Part shown: piece after piece, positions 39,094-48,925 of the stretch
Numbering within the stretch: position 1 is the first letter of the stretch
Layout of the letters: every line of letters begins with the position of its first letter
Source: Theionarchaea archaeon
GTDB taxonomy: Archaea; Methanobacteriota_B; Thermococci; Methanofastidiosales; SZ-28-30
Length of the DNA: 57,311 bases
Reading direction: 5' to 3'
NCBI GenBank assembly: GCA_018992565.1
Contig: JACVGW010000009.1
Span: 1-57,311 of the forward strand
Made by a program: the position numbers and the translations under genes
Notes under the pieces: generated by a model
The model's database searches: none
The model's input: only the letters and a program-made list of their open reading frames with translations
What the model was told of the DNA's origin: nothing

Positions 39094-39475
39094 GTTCTCA
39101 CCTTCAATTATATGTGAGAGACCAAAGTGCTTCTTATAAGTTTTGTACGGTCCAAAGGCAGTTTTTTTGCAGGGGAACTTCCATGAATTAGTTACTGGGT
39201 TCTCCCTTTACAGGAAAAGAGCTTTCATACAACAGAGCTGGAAAACACCACAGCACACAATGGAATCTATGCCTCAGAAAGAGCAGTTGCATTCTTGACA
39301 ACTGTACCTCTTATGAGGCATGTTCCCAAAGATAATTCTCTTATTAGAGGTATCAAGATGAAAAAAGCACTAATTGAGTAGATTTGATGTCCGATGTGTG
39401 GCAGCCAATTGGGACCGGTACACGTCTTGAAATGTGAAGGGATTGAAGGCCAGTCCATGCAGTGGATTAATCCCT

Positions 39476-40447
39476 TCAAAGGTTCTTTGCTATATGATAT
39501 TCAATGATAGCATGTTCTTCACTGTGGATTATCTCTTTTTTCAGCAGCTTATTTGTCAATGAGAGCAGACAGGGTTGGAACCCCTGGAATCCTTTGAAGT
39601 CGTTGCTTCTGACAATGTCCTTCTTCAGATGTGCGAGCACAAATAGTCTGTCTGAAACTCTGAAGAAAAGACTTGATGTAGGAATCTGGGAAAACAGGTC
39701 TATGATAAAGTCCTCGTACTCTGTTCGAAAACAGAAGAGGTAGGGATCATATTCTGAGATTCCTTCAGGGAAGTAACTGGTGGTGACAGTGCAGCACGTG
39801 GGCAATTTTGCCAGGAACTTGTAAACCTTCGCTGTAGTGATCAAATGCTCTCTCATTACGGGAATGAACGTTTTCCTCAGGTTATGCCTGAAATACGTCA
39901 GTAGGTTCTCATCTTCTGAATCCCACTCTGCGGTCTCATTCCAATGTGTCCTTATGGCACATTGGGGGTTATATCTCAGAGGGCTAAAATCGTCTATCTT
40001 ATTCCTGATGGTTTCAAGCGCTTGATTCCATGAGCAGTCTGGAGCGTAGGACATGTAGTAATCGGAACGAGGAGCTTCTACCAGGATTTCCCCACTAATG
40101 TCCACTCTTTCTTTTGAAATAATCCATGAATTTGCAAACCCAGTCATTTTCGCATGATAGGATATATTTGAGTCTTTTTCAAGACGTGTGTACGTTTCGA
40201 GAGGATCCTTTGCACTACAAAAAGAAATGTATTCCTTCATGTTAGCATATGAACGCTTCCTGACATGAGGACCCAGTATGTGACTTCCTTCCATTGCTTC
40301 TTCTATTCTCCTGCTCGCGGTGCGGGGATCCACGCCAAGAGCAGCTGCTATCTCTTTCTTCTTGATTCGAGGGTTCTTGAACCACAGAATTTCATACAGC
40401 CTCCTATACTGCTTCATCCTATCCTCAAGACTGATGAGCATTTTCAC
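39476..40447 (-). CDS. ~320-aa winged-HTH putative transcription regulator, paralog A
   Basis: N-term 'NPRIKKKEIAAALGVDPRTASRRI' is an Lrp-like HTH; paralogous over its full length to 50851-51816. Confidence 0.7.
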   Translation of the reverse strand: MKMLISLEDRMKQYRRLYEILWFKNPRIKKKEIAAALGVDPRTASRRIEEAMEGSHILGPHVRKRSYANMKEYISFCSAKDPLETYTRLEKDSNISYHAKMTGFANSWIISKERVDISGEILVEAPRSDYYMSYAPDCSWNQALETIRNKIDDFSPLRYNPQCAIRTHWNETAEWDSEDENLLTYFRHNLRKTFIPVMREHLITTAKVYKFLAKLPTCCTVTTSYFPEGISEYDPYLFCFRTEYEDFIIDLFSQIPTSSLFFRVSDRLFVLAHLKKDIVRSNDFKGFQGFQPCLLSLTNKLLKKEIIHSEEHAIIEYHIAKNL

Positions 40448-40946
40448 TTCCTCCCTTCTTCGAAACAGGAATGCTACTACTGATCTGCAGATAAACCATC
40501 GAATGAGATAGATATCATGCTGCTCATGCCATCTGAGTCTTTTCCAGGTTCTTCTTCTCTCAGTCTCCAGCTCCTCACTTCACTCGGTTTTGATTGTATA
40601 TGTTGAATTCCTACTATTAGATGTAGTAGCTAGTGTTTCTTTTCCTTTTGATATTTATATCTATTTCCCAAACCTCATTGGTATTTTTTTTTAAAGGGAG
40701 ATTTTGTAGGGATTTCCTTCAACCAAGACTCTTTCAAAGGGATTTGATGAATTTATTCCCCCTCTTACAGTCACAAAGGTGAGGAGGTCACACACATCGT
40801 TCCACACGGATCATGGATCTCAGCTCGTATTTGCTATAGTTGCCCAGTATCTCATCTCAGCGTAATCGCTGATAGAGAAACAGGGAGGCATAGACTACGA
40901 GAATAAAAGAACATGTGTCTTGAACCGTTGAGACTGAACCTGCTGC

Positions 40947-40984
40947 AAAAAATTACGTTCTGAGCATTAAGAAATCATATAAAC
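40947..40984 (+). promoter_or_regulatory. P2 promoter: A-tract plus BRE/TATA (CATATAAAC)
   Basis: A-tract starts at 40947, CATATAAAC at 40976-40984, 132 nt before the P2 ATG; same layout at other island promoters. Confidence 0.55.
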
Positions 40985-41107
40985 TACAGGAACCACTATC
41001 AATAGAAAGTAATTCTTCAAGATGCCCGCCCGATTCTCCAACTTTTTGCATCCTGAAATAGTGGGCTCCTGTAAGAATAGTGAAAAACAGAAAAGAGGTG
41101 ATACAGC

Positions 41108-41272
41108 ATGAAAGCAATCTCACTAAACAAGAAGCTGTGGACAGATGTGACTATGGACAGTCTCGATTTTGTGTCTCCAGACTGTGAGGGACCTCTGATC
41201 AATGGTTGCGGAGGAGGCGGCTGCTATTTCAGTCCGTGTCCGCCCTGGATTTGGCCATGTAACTTCTTTTAG
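41108..41272 (+). CDS. RiPP precursor P2, 54 aa, 5 Cys: MKAISLNKKLWTDVTMDSLDFVSPDCEGPLINGCGGGGCYFSPCPPWIWPCNFF
   Basis: Hand-translated. RBS GAGGTGA, T-tract after the stop, paralog of P3 with mostly synonymous leader differences. Confidence 0.9.
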   Translation: MKAISLNKKLWTDVTMDSLDFVSPDCEGPLINGCGGGGCYFSPCPPWIWPCNFF

Positions 41273-41278
41273 ATTCAC

Positions 41279-41296
41279 TTTTTTTCTCTTTTTCTT
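41279..41296 (+). terminator. Oligo-T terminator after P2
   Basis: TTTTTTTCTCTTTTTCTT just after the stop codon. Confidence 0.55.
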
Positions 41297-41599
41297 CTGA
41301 GAGTTGTTGAGGGATTCTGTGTGGATGCTAATTCTGAAAGTTCCAGGAAGGTACTATCGGGTTTCAATAGTCTTTCCTTGTCAAAAGTCATCAAGAAAGG
41401 AGGGAACCCGCTTTCACTTATTCTTCCTCCTCCTGAAACCAGAAGGGGGAGAGGCAACATGCATGAGAATTTTTCCCGGAAAAAATACGCATTCCAGTGG
41501 CTGACAAATCATATAAGTATGAAGTGCCATCCCTCACCATACTGGAGGACAGCCACCCTCTTGTCCACAGGAGAAGAAGAGCTTCCCATCAGTGTTGGA

Positions 41600-41812
41600 G
41601 TGAATATCATGAGAATGAGCACATACTGCATTGCAGTACAGGCAGATGAGGATGAATACCTGCTCATCAATTCCTTAACAGGAGCTGTTGATGTTGTGGA
41701 TACTGATGTTATCAACCTACTCCAGACTGACCTCTCTCAGGGCGATCCTTCAATCCTCAACTTTCTTCAAGAGAGAGGACATATTACAGATGCCTCTTCT
41801 CAAGAGGAATTC
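41600..41812 (+). repeat. 213-bp inverted repeat, copy 1 (RBS plus RRE of rSAM-4)
   Basis: 41600-41700 is identical to the reverse complement of 50164-50264; 16 mismatches over the next 112 bp (manual alignment). Confidence 0.92.
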
Positions 41813-42961
41813 AGCCACATGGAAGACTTCTATAGAGGAGTTCGTCCAGGAATCTGCAACCGTAAGAGACACATCATCATACCAACGTACAAGTGTAACC
41901 TGCGGTGTACGTATTGTTGGGAAAGCGCCCTATATAAGAATGGAGCATCCTGGATGGAGAAGACTCTCTCTTTCCAGGAGGTTGATTCACTCTTTGAGGC
42001 CGTTGGAGAACTCGACAAGGGAGTACAGCAGCTGGAACCTCTCATATACTTTGGAGGAGAACCTATGCTCCCCGAGAATGTAAATCTCATAGCCCATATG
42101 ATGAAAGAAGGCACAGAAAGGGGATACGAGCACTATTTCGTGACCAATGGCGTCACTATTCCGGACTATCTGGACTTGTTAGTATCCCATCCAATTAAAG
42201 GTATTCAGATAACAGTGGATGGAATGCAGTCAACTCATGATTCGCGAAGGAAGGGTCCAAGGGGCGAAGGTTCCTTTCATCGGATTGTGGAGGGAGTGGA
42301 GCTTCTGAGAGATCACAGCATCAAGACATATATCCGGGTGAATGTTGATAAACTGAACATCAATTCTATTGGGGAGCTGGCTTCTTTCTTTAAAGAATAT
42401 GGATGGCATGATGATGCTTATCTTACCATGTATCTTGCTCCTGTCTTCCCACATGGATGTGGCGGTTACTCCAAAGCGTTCACTCGAGAAGCATCCATAT
42501 CAGGTCTTATATCTCTGTGGAACAACCATGATGTATGGGACGTCTTCAAGAAAGGAATCAGTGATTTTCATCCGGTCGAGTCTGCTCTCAGGGGTGAGGC
42601 GTGGAGCCCTCAGTTCTTCAACTGCGGCGCTCATTGTGACCAGCTCTTCTTTGATGCTCACGGCAGCATATACACGTGCTGGGAAGCTGTGGGAGAAACC
42701 CAGCATTGCGTGGGGCGGTTTATTCCTCACCTGCAGTTCAATGAAAACTACAAGAAATGGATGGAGAGGACTGTCTTCACTATTGAAAAGTGCAGGAGCT
42801 GTGAACTTGCTTTCCTCTGTGGAGGAGGATGCGCTTATGATGCTTATGAGCAGCATCATACGATCTCAGAACCAACCTGCGGGCATGCTGAGAAAGTGTT
42901 AAGAGAATACATTCCCTTCTACTACAACTATGTGCTTCGAGGCAATTCACATTCGAAGTGA
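41609..42961 (+). CDS. Radical SAM/SPASM peptide maturase with N-terminal RRE (rSAM-4)
   Basis: CNLRCTYC, FGGEP; SPASM 'CGAH...IYTC...CRSCELAFLCGGGC...PTC'. Start set at ATG 41609 by homology to rSAM-8. Confidence 0.9.
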   Translation: MRMSTYCIAVQADEDEYLLINSLTGAVDVVDTDVINLLQTDLSQGDPSILNFLQERGHITDASSQEEFSHMEDFYRGVRPGICNRKRHIIIPTYKCNLRCTYCWESALYKNGASWMEKTLSFQEVDSLFEAVGELDKGVQQLEPLIYFGGEPMLPENVNLIAHMMKEGTERGYEHYFVTNGVTIPDYLDLLVSHPIKGIQITVDGMQSTHDSRRKGPRGEGSFHRIVEGVELLRDHSIKTYIRVNVDKLNINSIGELASFFKEYGWHDDAYLTMYLAPVFPHGCGGYSKAFTREASISGLISLWNNHDVWDVFKKGISDFHPVESALRGEAWSPQFFNCGAHCDQLFFDAHGSIYTCWEAVGETQHCVGRFIPHLQFNENYKKWMERTVFTIEKCRSCELAFLCGGGCAYDAYEQHHTISEPTCGHAEKVLREYIPFYYNYVLRGNSHSK

Positions 42962-43085
42962 TTTATGGGAATTATTTTCGCTGGATTCAATGGAGGTGAA
43001 GAGGGATAATGTGCTTTGCAGTCTGAGCCAGACGAAAGCAATCTGGTATCATACATGGGTTCCAACTACTTTCTATGGTGAATGA

Positions 43086-44237
43086 CTAGTGAAGAACGTG
43101 ATTCTCCCTATCTGTACCTGCAGGTGCCTGAGAGGGGTCCACGGGACATTGCGGGTCTGGCTGGAAGGGGTCATTGTACACTGCATACGCAATACAGGAT
43201 GCACCTCCGCTGCAGATACGGGGAGCTTCTACGTTGAAAAAGCACTCCTGACACTTGCCCTGGACAAATCTGTGTTTTCTCCGGAATTTCCACAACAGGG
43301 GATGCTGCCAGATCGTCATGAGATCCTCTTCAAAGACATTCCCTATTTTGATGGGCATCCGCCTGCAGGGGTACACATCCCCATTTTCCTGAATATTGAT
43401 ATACGATCGCCCCACTCCACATCTGAAGCCATTCTTGGTGGAGGCCTCAGGAGTGGAAGGATCAGGGTAAATAATAGGCCAGTCACACCGAGCTCGAGAA
43501 ATGAGGGCCCCTGGTGAGTCATCAGCATCCATGATTTCATCCAGATCATCACTGAGGCTCTTAAAAAGGTTCTTGACTTGTTCTGGAGAGAGCATCTTCT
43601 CATAGAGCTTTCCCCCCCTTCCCCAGGGGACGAGGCGGGTCACTGTCAGTACGTCTGCCCCCAGCGCTTTTGCTACGTCGGGCATGGTGAAAGCATCATC
43701 ATAATTATCTCTGTGAACCACAAAATGAATGTGGGTTTCTATTGCAGTTGGGGTTAGCAGCTCAAGTGCAGCAACTGCTTTCTCAAAACTTCCTTTCCCG
43801 CGTATAGCATCGTGTGTTTCAGCTCGTGCTCCGTCCAGGCTTATCTGTACATATATGTCTAAGGGGTGCTCCTCAAGTCTTTTGACGAATTCCTCTGTGA
43901 AGTTGATTCCGTTGGAGAGAACAGCCACTAATGAATGCGCATTTATTAAGTCCGAGTGGATCTTAATGTAGTCAAGGATGTGCCAGAACTGTGGATGGAG
44001 AGTAGGCTCACCGCCAGTCAGCCAGATAACGGGTGTTCTTTTCCATAGGCAACACAAAGCAAAGAATTGGTCAAGTATGTTTTCACAGCTCTCTACAGGC
44101 ATATCCTGATGATCTTCTGCATCATCATAGCAGTGCGTGCAGCGGAGGTTGCATCGTCCGGTAATTGAAAGTTGCAGTATGAAACCTGCTTCCTCTCTTT
44201 TTTCAGAATGTGAACCTTCACCATATATTTCGTCCAC
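43086..44237 (-). CDS. Radical SAM/SPASM protein without RRE (rSAM-5, class II; paralog of rSAM-2)
   Basis: 'LQLSITGRCNLRCTHCY', 'TRLVPWGRG', 'RCDWP', 'YPCRRMP...CQEC...CSGGASC...DPQC'. GTG 44237 after GGTGA; ATG 44291 is an alternative start. Confidence 0.88.
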   Translation of the reverse strand: MDEIYGEGSHSEKREEAGFILQLSITGRCNLRCTHCYDDAEDHQDMPVESCENILDQFFALCCLWKRTPVIWLTGGEPTLHPQFWHILDYIKIHSDLINAHSLVAVLSNGINFTEEFVKRLEEHPLDIYVQISLDGARAETHDAIRGKGSFEKAVAALELLTPTAIETHIHFVVHRDNYDDAFTMPDVAKALGADVLTVTRLVPWGRGGKLYEKMLSPEQVKNLFKSLSDDLDEIMDADDSPGALISRARCDWPIIYPDPSTPEASTKNGFRCGVGRSYINIQENGDVYPCRRMPIKIGNVFEEDLMTIWQHPLLWKFRRKHRFVQGKCQECFFNVEAPRICSGGASCIAYAVYNDPFQPDPQCPVDPSQAPAGTDRENHVLH

Positions 44238-44642
44238 TTTATCACCACATGATTTTTCCTGACTGTCATTCTCAGCAGATTTCTGCAGCATGGTTCTATA
44301 TGGTTTGGCAAGAGGAGAAATGCTGCTTTTCTTTTGCGCCCTCTTGCAGCTTTCCAAAAGAAAAGAACAGGCAATAGGGGAATATTTCGTCTGTCAGTAA
44401 GGACTCTCTTACCAATATCTGTTTTTATTTTGTTGCGATAGTTATCTGTTGAAAGAATACTATTTGAAGAAGCCACTCCCGTAAAATTTCCGTTATGCCC
44501 CCTGTAGAAAAAACATACAGTCACTGTTTCATAAACTCATATAAGGTTGGTTAGACACTTCTACATAACTGAGAAGAAGGATGCTGGGACAGCCCAGTTT
44601 GTGCTTCAGGAAGACTTTCAGGGCAAGAATGAAGGAGACCTC

Positions 44643-46082
44643 ATGAGAATGAAGGAGCGTGAGAGTATGAAACCTCTAAAGAAAAGCATTGTCATTGATT
44701 TGAAAGATGGAGATTATCTTCTTATCAATCCGTATCGAGGACTCGGTGATGTTGTAGATAAGGAGACTCTCAAAGAGCTTTCTTCTCAAGATGTAGAGAT
44801 TTCCAATGGGACCATGCAGGCTCTTGCACGGAGAGGACATCTGGTAGAGGATGGAGAAGAGGACGACCTTATTCAGGCATTGAGAAGACGTGCCAACAAA
44901 ATGCACACAGAGTCGAAAAAGATCAAAGGTCATGGGATAGTAATAACATATGACTGCAATCTCCGCTGTCCTTATTGTTACGAGAGACATCTGTTTGCAA
45001 AAGAACAGAAGCGCCGTGCCACTATGAGCAGGAAAACTGTAGATATGCTTTTTGAAACAATACAGGTTATTGATTCAGAAGACAACGATGGAGGGGCCTC
45101 GGAGAATCGAGAAGAGAACCCCATGACGCTCATAGGAGGAGAACCTCTGCAGAAAGAGAACTTCTCCATCGTTGAATACATACTCAAAAAAGGTGCAGAG
45201 CTGGGATACCCCTTTTCTATTGTTACCAATGGGGCTGATCTCTCCCATTTTGCTCCCCTCTTATCTCAATATGACATCAAGAAGATCCAGATTACTATTG
45301 ACGGCGTCAAGGAAGTGCACGATAAGAGACGATACCGAAAAGGTAATCGAGGCAGCTTTGATGATATAGTAAAGGGTATAGATGAAGCGCATAAGAATGG
45401 TCTTCCTGTGGTTATTAGAATTAATGCTGATTCTGACAATATCGACAGAGTCCCGGAATTTGCAGAGTTCTACATGGACAAGGGATGGTATCCAGACATA
45501 CCAGCTCACGTATCAAATGTAACAGCCTCGGAGTGTCTGATGTACTCTCCCCTCATTACTGCTGAGCAGTTTACTAAAAAGACTATTGATCTCTTCCTGA
45601 AAGATGAGAGGATGAAAGTCTTCCGGCATTCACTCCTGACTCACAACGATCTCTTGAGACATCTCGTAAGGGACGAGGAGTTTAGCTTGAAGTTCTGGTA
45701 TTGTGGTGCTCAAGTATCAATGCTGATGTATGACCCACTGGGGGACATATATCCCTGCTTTGAAGCCGTCGGCCATGATAGTCAGAAGATTGGAGAATAT
45801 ATTCCAGAATTGAAGTTCAATGAGACCATGAACCAATGGCAGAGTCGAACAGTATTCACCATTCCTGAGTGCCTGGAATGTAACCTGGCATTTATCTGTG
45901 GCGGAGGATGTGCATACGGTGCGATAAGGACTATGGGGTCACTGAACAAGCCCTATTGCGACAGGATGAAATTCATCATTGAACATGAATTTCCCTATGT
46001 ATATCACCTGATGAAGACGGAAGAGGGGGGTTTCAAAAAAGCAGAGTCACAGGGCGGAATTCAGAAGCCCTCGCATCCTTGA
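44643..46082 (+). CDS. Radical SAM/SPASM peptide maturase with N-terminal RRE (rSAM-6)
   Basis: 'YLLINPYRG', CNLRCPYC, GGEP; SPASM 'WYCGA...DIYPC...CLECNLAFICGGGC...PYC'. Start 44643 or 44667. Confidence 0.9.
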   Translation: MRMKERESMKPLKKSIVIDLKDGDYLLINPYRGLGDVVDKETLKELSSQDVEISNGTMQALARRGHLVEDGEEDDLIQALRRRANKMHTESKKIKGHGIVITYDCNLRCPYCYERHLFAKEQKRRATMSRKTVDMLFETIQVIDSEDNDGGASENREENPMTLIGGEPLQKENFSIVEYILKKGAELGYPFSIVTNGADLSHFAPLLSQYDIKKIQITIDGVKEVHDKRRYRKGNRGSFDDIVKGIDEAHKNGLPVVIRINADSDNIDRVPEFAEFYMDKGWYPDIPAHVSNVTASECLMYSPLITAEQFTKKTIDLFLKDERMKVFRHSLLTHNDLLRHLVRDEEFSLKFWYCGAQVSMLMYDPLGDIYPCFEAVGHDSQKIGEYIPELKFNETMNQWQSRTVFTIPECLECNLAFICGGGCAYGAIRTMGSLNKPYCDRMKFIIEHEFPYVYHLMKTEEGGFKKAESQGGIQKPSHP

Positions 46083-46228
46083 TTGCATTCTAAAAGGCAC
46101 TTCAGAGTAGGACAATTATCCAGAGAAGAGAAAAACGTGCATTTCGGTGGTCAACAATCACATACGTTGTGGGGATTCAACCTGCAGGGAGATGTGACAG
46201 ACCAGTCAGGTGAGGAGGTTGATTCAAT

Positions 46229-46855
46229 ATGAAAGAAAATCAACAAAAGTATGTCCGATGGTCAGAAAATTGTGTCTGGCAACCAGTTGGAGAAATGCTT
46301 TTCATTGCGAAAGTTCTCCACCATAATGAAGGACTCACCCCAGCCCGGGAGAAGAATGACGGCAAGAAGTTGAATGGAGCAGGAAAAGACATCTGGGACC
46401 TTTGTGACGGTACCAGAACCATGGAGGAGATTGTGAATCAATTGATGGAAGAGTATACAGGTGACCCTGAAGAGATTCACAGTGATGTACAGAATGCAGT
46501 CTCAAAACTCATAGAAGAAGAATTCCTGGTTTGGGGAGAGAAATCAGAGAAATGTCACCCCCTTGAGATTAAGATGAAGGAGTATCCGACCTGGGATGGC
46601 AATGTGTTGTGGAACCAGGTTGATAATGAAGTTGTTGTCATTAATAATGTAACAGGACTGGACTATGGGTTCAGGGACGACGTGGCTGAGACATGGAAGC
46701 TCTGCAGTGGGAAGCAGTCGCTGGACGAAATCCTCAGTATACTAGAGGAAAGAGGAATCATCAATGAAGAAAATCCGCCTGTTCGATTCAAACTATTGAT
46801 CAAGCAATTCATCAACATTGGCGTTGTCACCATGAGAAAGGAGCCTGGTTCCTGA
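46229..46855 (+). CDS. Tandem PqqD/RRE peptide-binding protein 2
   Basis: 'LNGAGKDIWDLCDGTRTMEEIVNQLMEEY' and 'AETWKLCSGKQSLDEILSIL'. RBS GAGGAGGT. Confidence 0.85.
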   Translation: MKENQQKYVRWSENCVWQPVGEMLFIAKVLHHNEGLTPAREKNDGKKLNGAGKDIWDLCDGTRTMEEIVNQLMEEYTGDPEEIHSDVQNAVSKLIEEEFLVWGEKSEKCHPLEIKMKEYPTWDGNVLWNQVDNEVVVINNVTGLDYGFRDDVAETWKLCSGKQSLDEILSILEERGIINEENPPVRFKLLIKQFINIGVVTMRKEPGS

Positions 46856-47079
46856 ATGGGAACTGGAATATGAAGCGGATCATGACATATTAGAACGTGA
46901 CCGTCTTCCAGAGCAGAGGATACTACACATTTATTACTTATTTTGGGAACCCGTAAGCCGCACGACGCTTTCTGATTTCATAATAGACAAGGAATATTCC
47001 TATTTCACAGAGAAAATTCACTTTGCAGAGTATTTTCTAGAGGTGAAAGTACATTTCAGAAGCGTTGGTTTTCAACAAG

Positions 47080-47118
47080 AAAATTAGTGCTCTTTAATCG
47101 CAAAAAAATCATATAAAC
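47080..47118 (+). promoter_or_regulatory. P3 promoter: A-tract plus BRE/TATA (CATATAAAC)
   Basis: CATATAAAC at 47110-47118, again exactly 132 nt before the precursor ATG. Confidence 0.55.
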
Positions 47119-47241
47119 ATGACGTTAGAAGGAGAACCGAGGAATATTCCTGGATGCACTGAAGCACCGCTGAGGGCAGAGTGCCCGATACGTGGTGAGT
47201 TTTGAAGTGCAAGAAAACCATGAACCAGGAGGTGATATATC

Positions 47242-47409
47242 ATGAAGGCAATTTCACTGAACAAGAAGCTATGGAGAGATGTGGCCATGGGTGATCTTGA
47301 TTTCGTATCTCCAGACTGTGATGTACCGCTGGTGACTGGCTGTGGGTCTATACCGTGCCCCTCCCTTTGCATACTGCATTGCTATCCCCATATGTGTATT
47401 CACTTCTGA
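47242..47409 (+). CDS. RiPP precursor P3, 55 aa, 6 Cys: MKAISLNKKLWRDVAMGDLDFVSPDCDVPLVTGCGSIPCPSLCILHCYPHMCIHF
   Basis: Hand-translated. RBS AGGAGGTGA; 27/35 N-terminal residues identical to P2. Confidence 0.9.
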   Translation: MKAISLNKKLWRDVAMGDLDFVSPDCDVPLVTGCGSIPCPSLCILHCYPHMCIHF

Positions 47410-47566
47410 GCAACAGCTTTTTACAACATCCCTGCCCCCATATCGCCCATTGCAGCTTTTGCGGTAGGGATGGTAACCTGTGATGCATTGCGAGAGACAC
47501 AAAGAAAACTTCACAGCAACTCAGAACCCACAAGACTGAAGAATGATTCCAATGAAAGATGTTGTA

Positions 47567-48925
47567 TTATTCTCCCGGGATATTTTCCTGGGTTCTTTTT
47601 CTTTCTCCCTGAATCATTTTCCCGAACAAGGGATAATAGACATCTACTGCTTGGTTTGAGAACTCGCAATCAGGCTTCAGAAGGTCCCCCTTGGTCTGGG
47701 CAGCATAGTTGCCACAACCTCCCCCACAGATCATGGCATACCTGCAGTGTCTGCAAGATTTCATATTGAAAATTGTTCTTTCTTTCCATTGATTGAATCG
47801 CTCATTGAAGGTGACCTCAGGATAGTATGTGCCAACTGCCTCTTCTTTATTGCCTAGAGTGTCAGTACAGAGGTAGATATCTCCGAAAGGATCGAACCAT
47901 GTCTGCGATAGATAGGAACGGCAGTAACTCATTTGGGGAAGCCACTTATCTACAAAACCAAGTTTTTGGGCTATTGGACCTAACCCTCTCAGGAAAACGT
48001 CTCTGAGAACCTCATCCCCCAACAAGAACTGCAGGTCTTCTTTTTTCAGGTTATGCATAAAATTGTAGCAACCTCCTGGTGTATGATGGCGAACTGGCGA
48101 GAGGTAGATCATATTGTCTCTCTGATCCCATCCTTTCTCGTGGGCAAATTCCATAAAACTGGGCAATGTCCTCACTGTGGAATGATCAATATTGACTCTC
48201 ACATACACAGTAAAGCCTGCTTCTGCGAGCTGATCTATAGATTCAACAATCTGGCAAAAAGAACCAGTTCCATCAGCTCTTTTCTTCCTCCTGTTGTGGA
48301 TTTCCTCTATTCCATCTACTGTGATTTGGAGTGATGTGATCTTGCTCTCAAGGAGGAGAGGGAGAAAGAGGCTGCTCTCCAATCCATTGGTTACAATAAT
48401 GAAGGATTTATCACAGCGCGTTCCTCTTGTCAGGATGTACTCGATGAGTTCATAGTTGCTTGAGATGAGAGGTTCTCCACCCAGTAAATGTATGGGTGCT
48501 CTTGTATGAGGATTCAGAGTTTCCATTGCCTTGAAAGCTGCATCCACCTGCGAATGAGTCATTTTTCGCTGTAACCAGGGTTCATCTCGTGTGAAGACAG
48601 ATGAAACATAGCAGTAGTCACACCGCATGTTGCAGTCATACGTGGGTATAAGAGCAAACAGTGTGTGGTCTCTGTGCAGACTTTGAATTGATTCCAGGCT
48701 CTTGAATGCTTTTTCAGTTTCCTCTTTTGGAGAGAGTTCTGTGAGAAACCCCTGGGAAACGAGAGCAGACACTTCTTCTGAAGTCTCTTGTTCAGGATTC
48801 ACACCATTGAGGATTCGCAGTATTTCCTCTGGGCCAAAGAGGATAGCCCCTGTGAATGTATTAACAAAAAGAAATTCTCTGTTCTGGAGAGGTATCACCA
48901 GGACGTATCGACTACGTCTGAGCAA
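47567..48925 (-). CDS. Radical SAM/SPASM peptide maturase with N-terminal RRE (rSAM-7)
   Basis: CNMRCDYC, LGGEP; SPASM 'SYC...DIYLC...CRHCRYAMICGGGC...PDC'. Probable start TTG 48925 after GGAGGGAGG, coupled to the rSAM-8 stop. Confidence 0.88.
   Translation of the reverse strand: MLRRSRYVLVIPLQNREFLFVNTFTGAILFGPEEILRILNGVNPEQETSEEVSALVSQGFLTELSPKEETEKAFKSLESIQSLHRDHTLFALIPTYDCNMRCDYCYVSSVFTRDEPWLQRKMTHSQVDAAFKAMETLNPHTRAPIHLLGGEPLISSNYELIEYILTRGTRCDKSFIIVTNGLESSLFLPLLLESKITSLQITVDGIEEIHNRRKKRADGTGSFCQIVESIDQLAEAGFTVYVRVNIDHSTVRTLPSFMEFAHEKGWDQRDNMIYLSPVRHHTPGGCYNFMHNLKKEDLQFLLGDEVLRDVFLRGLGPIAQKLGFVDKWLPQMSYCRSYLSQTWFDPFGDIYLCTDTLGNKEEAVGTYYPEVTFNERFNQWKERTIFNMKSCRHCRYAMICGGGCGNYAAQTKGDLLKPDCEFSNQAVDVYYPLFGKMIQGERKRTQENIPGE

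Noticed and set aside
38957..39139. Plus-strand 60-aa ORF
   Set aside because: Antisense shadow of P1.
41017..41202. Similar minus-strand ORFs 41017-41202 and 47109-47372 ('SQSGDTKSR...HSFLFSEIAFM')
   Set aside because: Antisense shadows of P2 and P3; RBS, terminator and synonymous pattern support the plus strand.
41321..41608. 96-aa N-terminal extension of rSAM-4 in the ORF track
   Set aside because: Homology with rSAM-8, including the RBS region, begins at 41600-41609.
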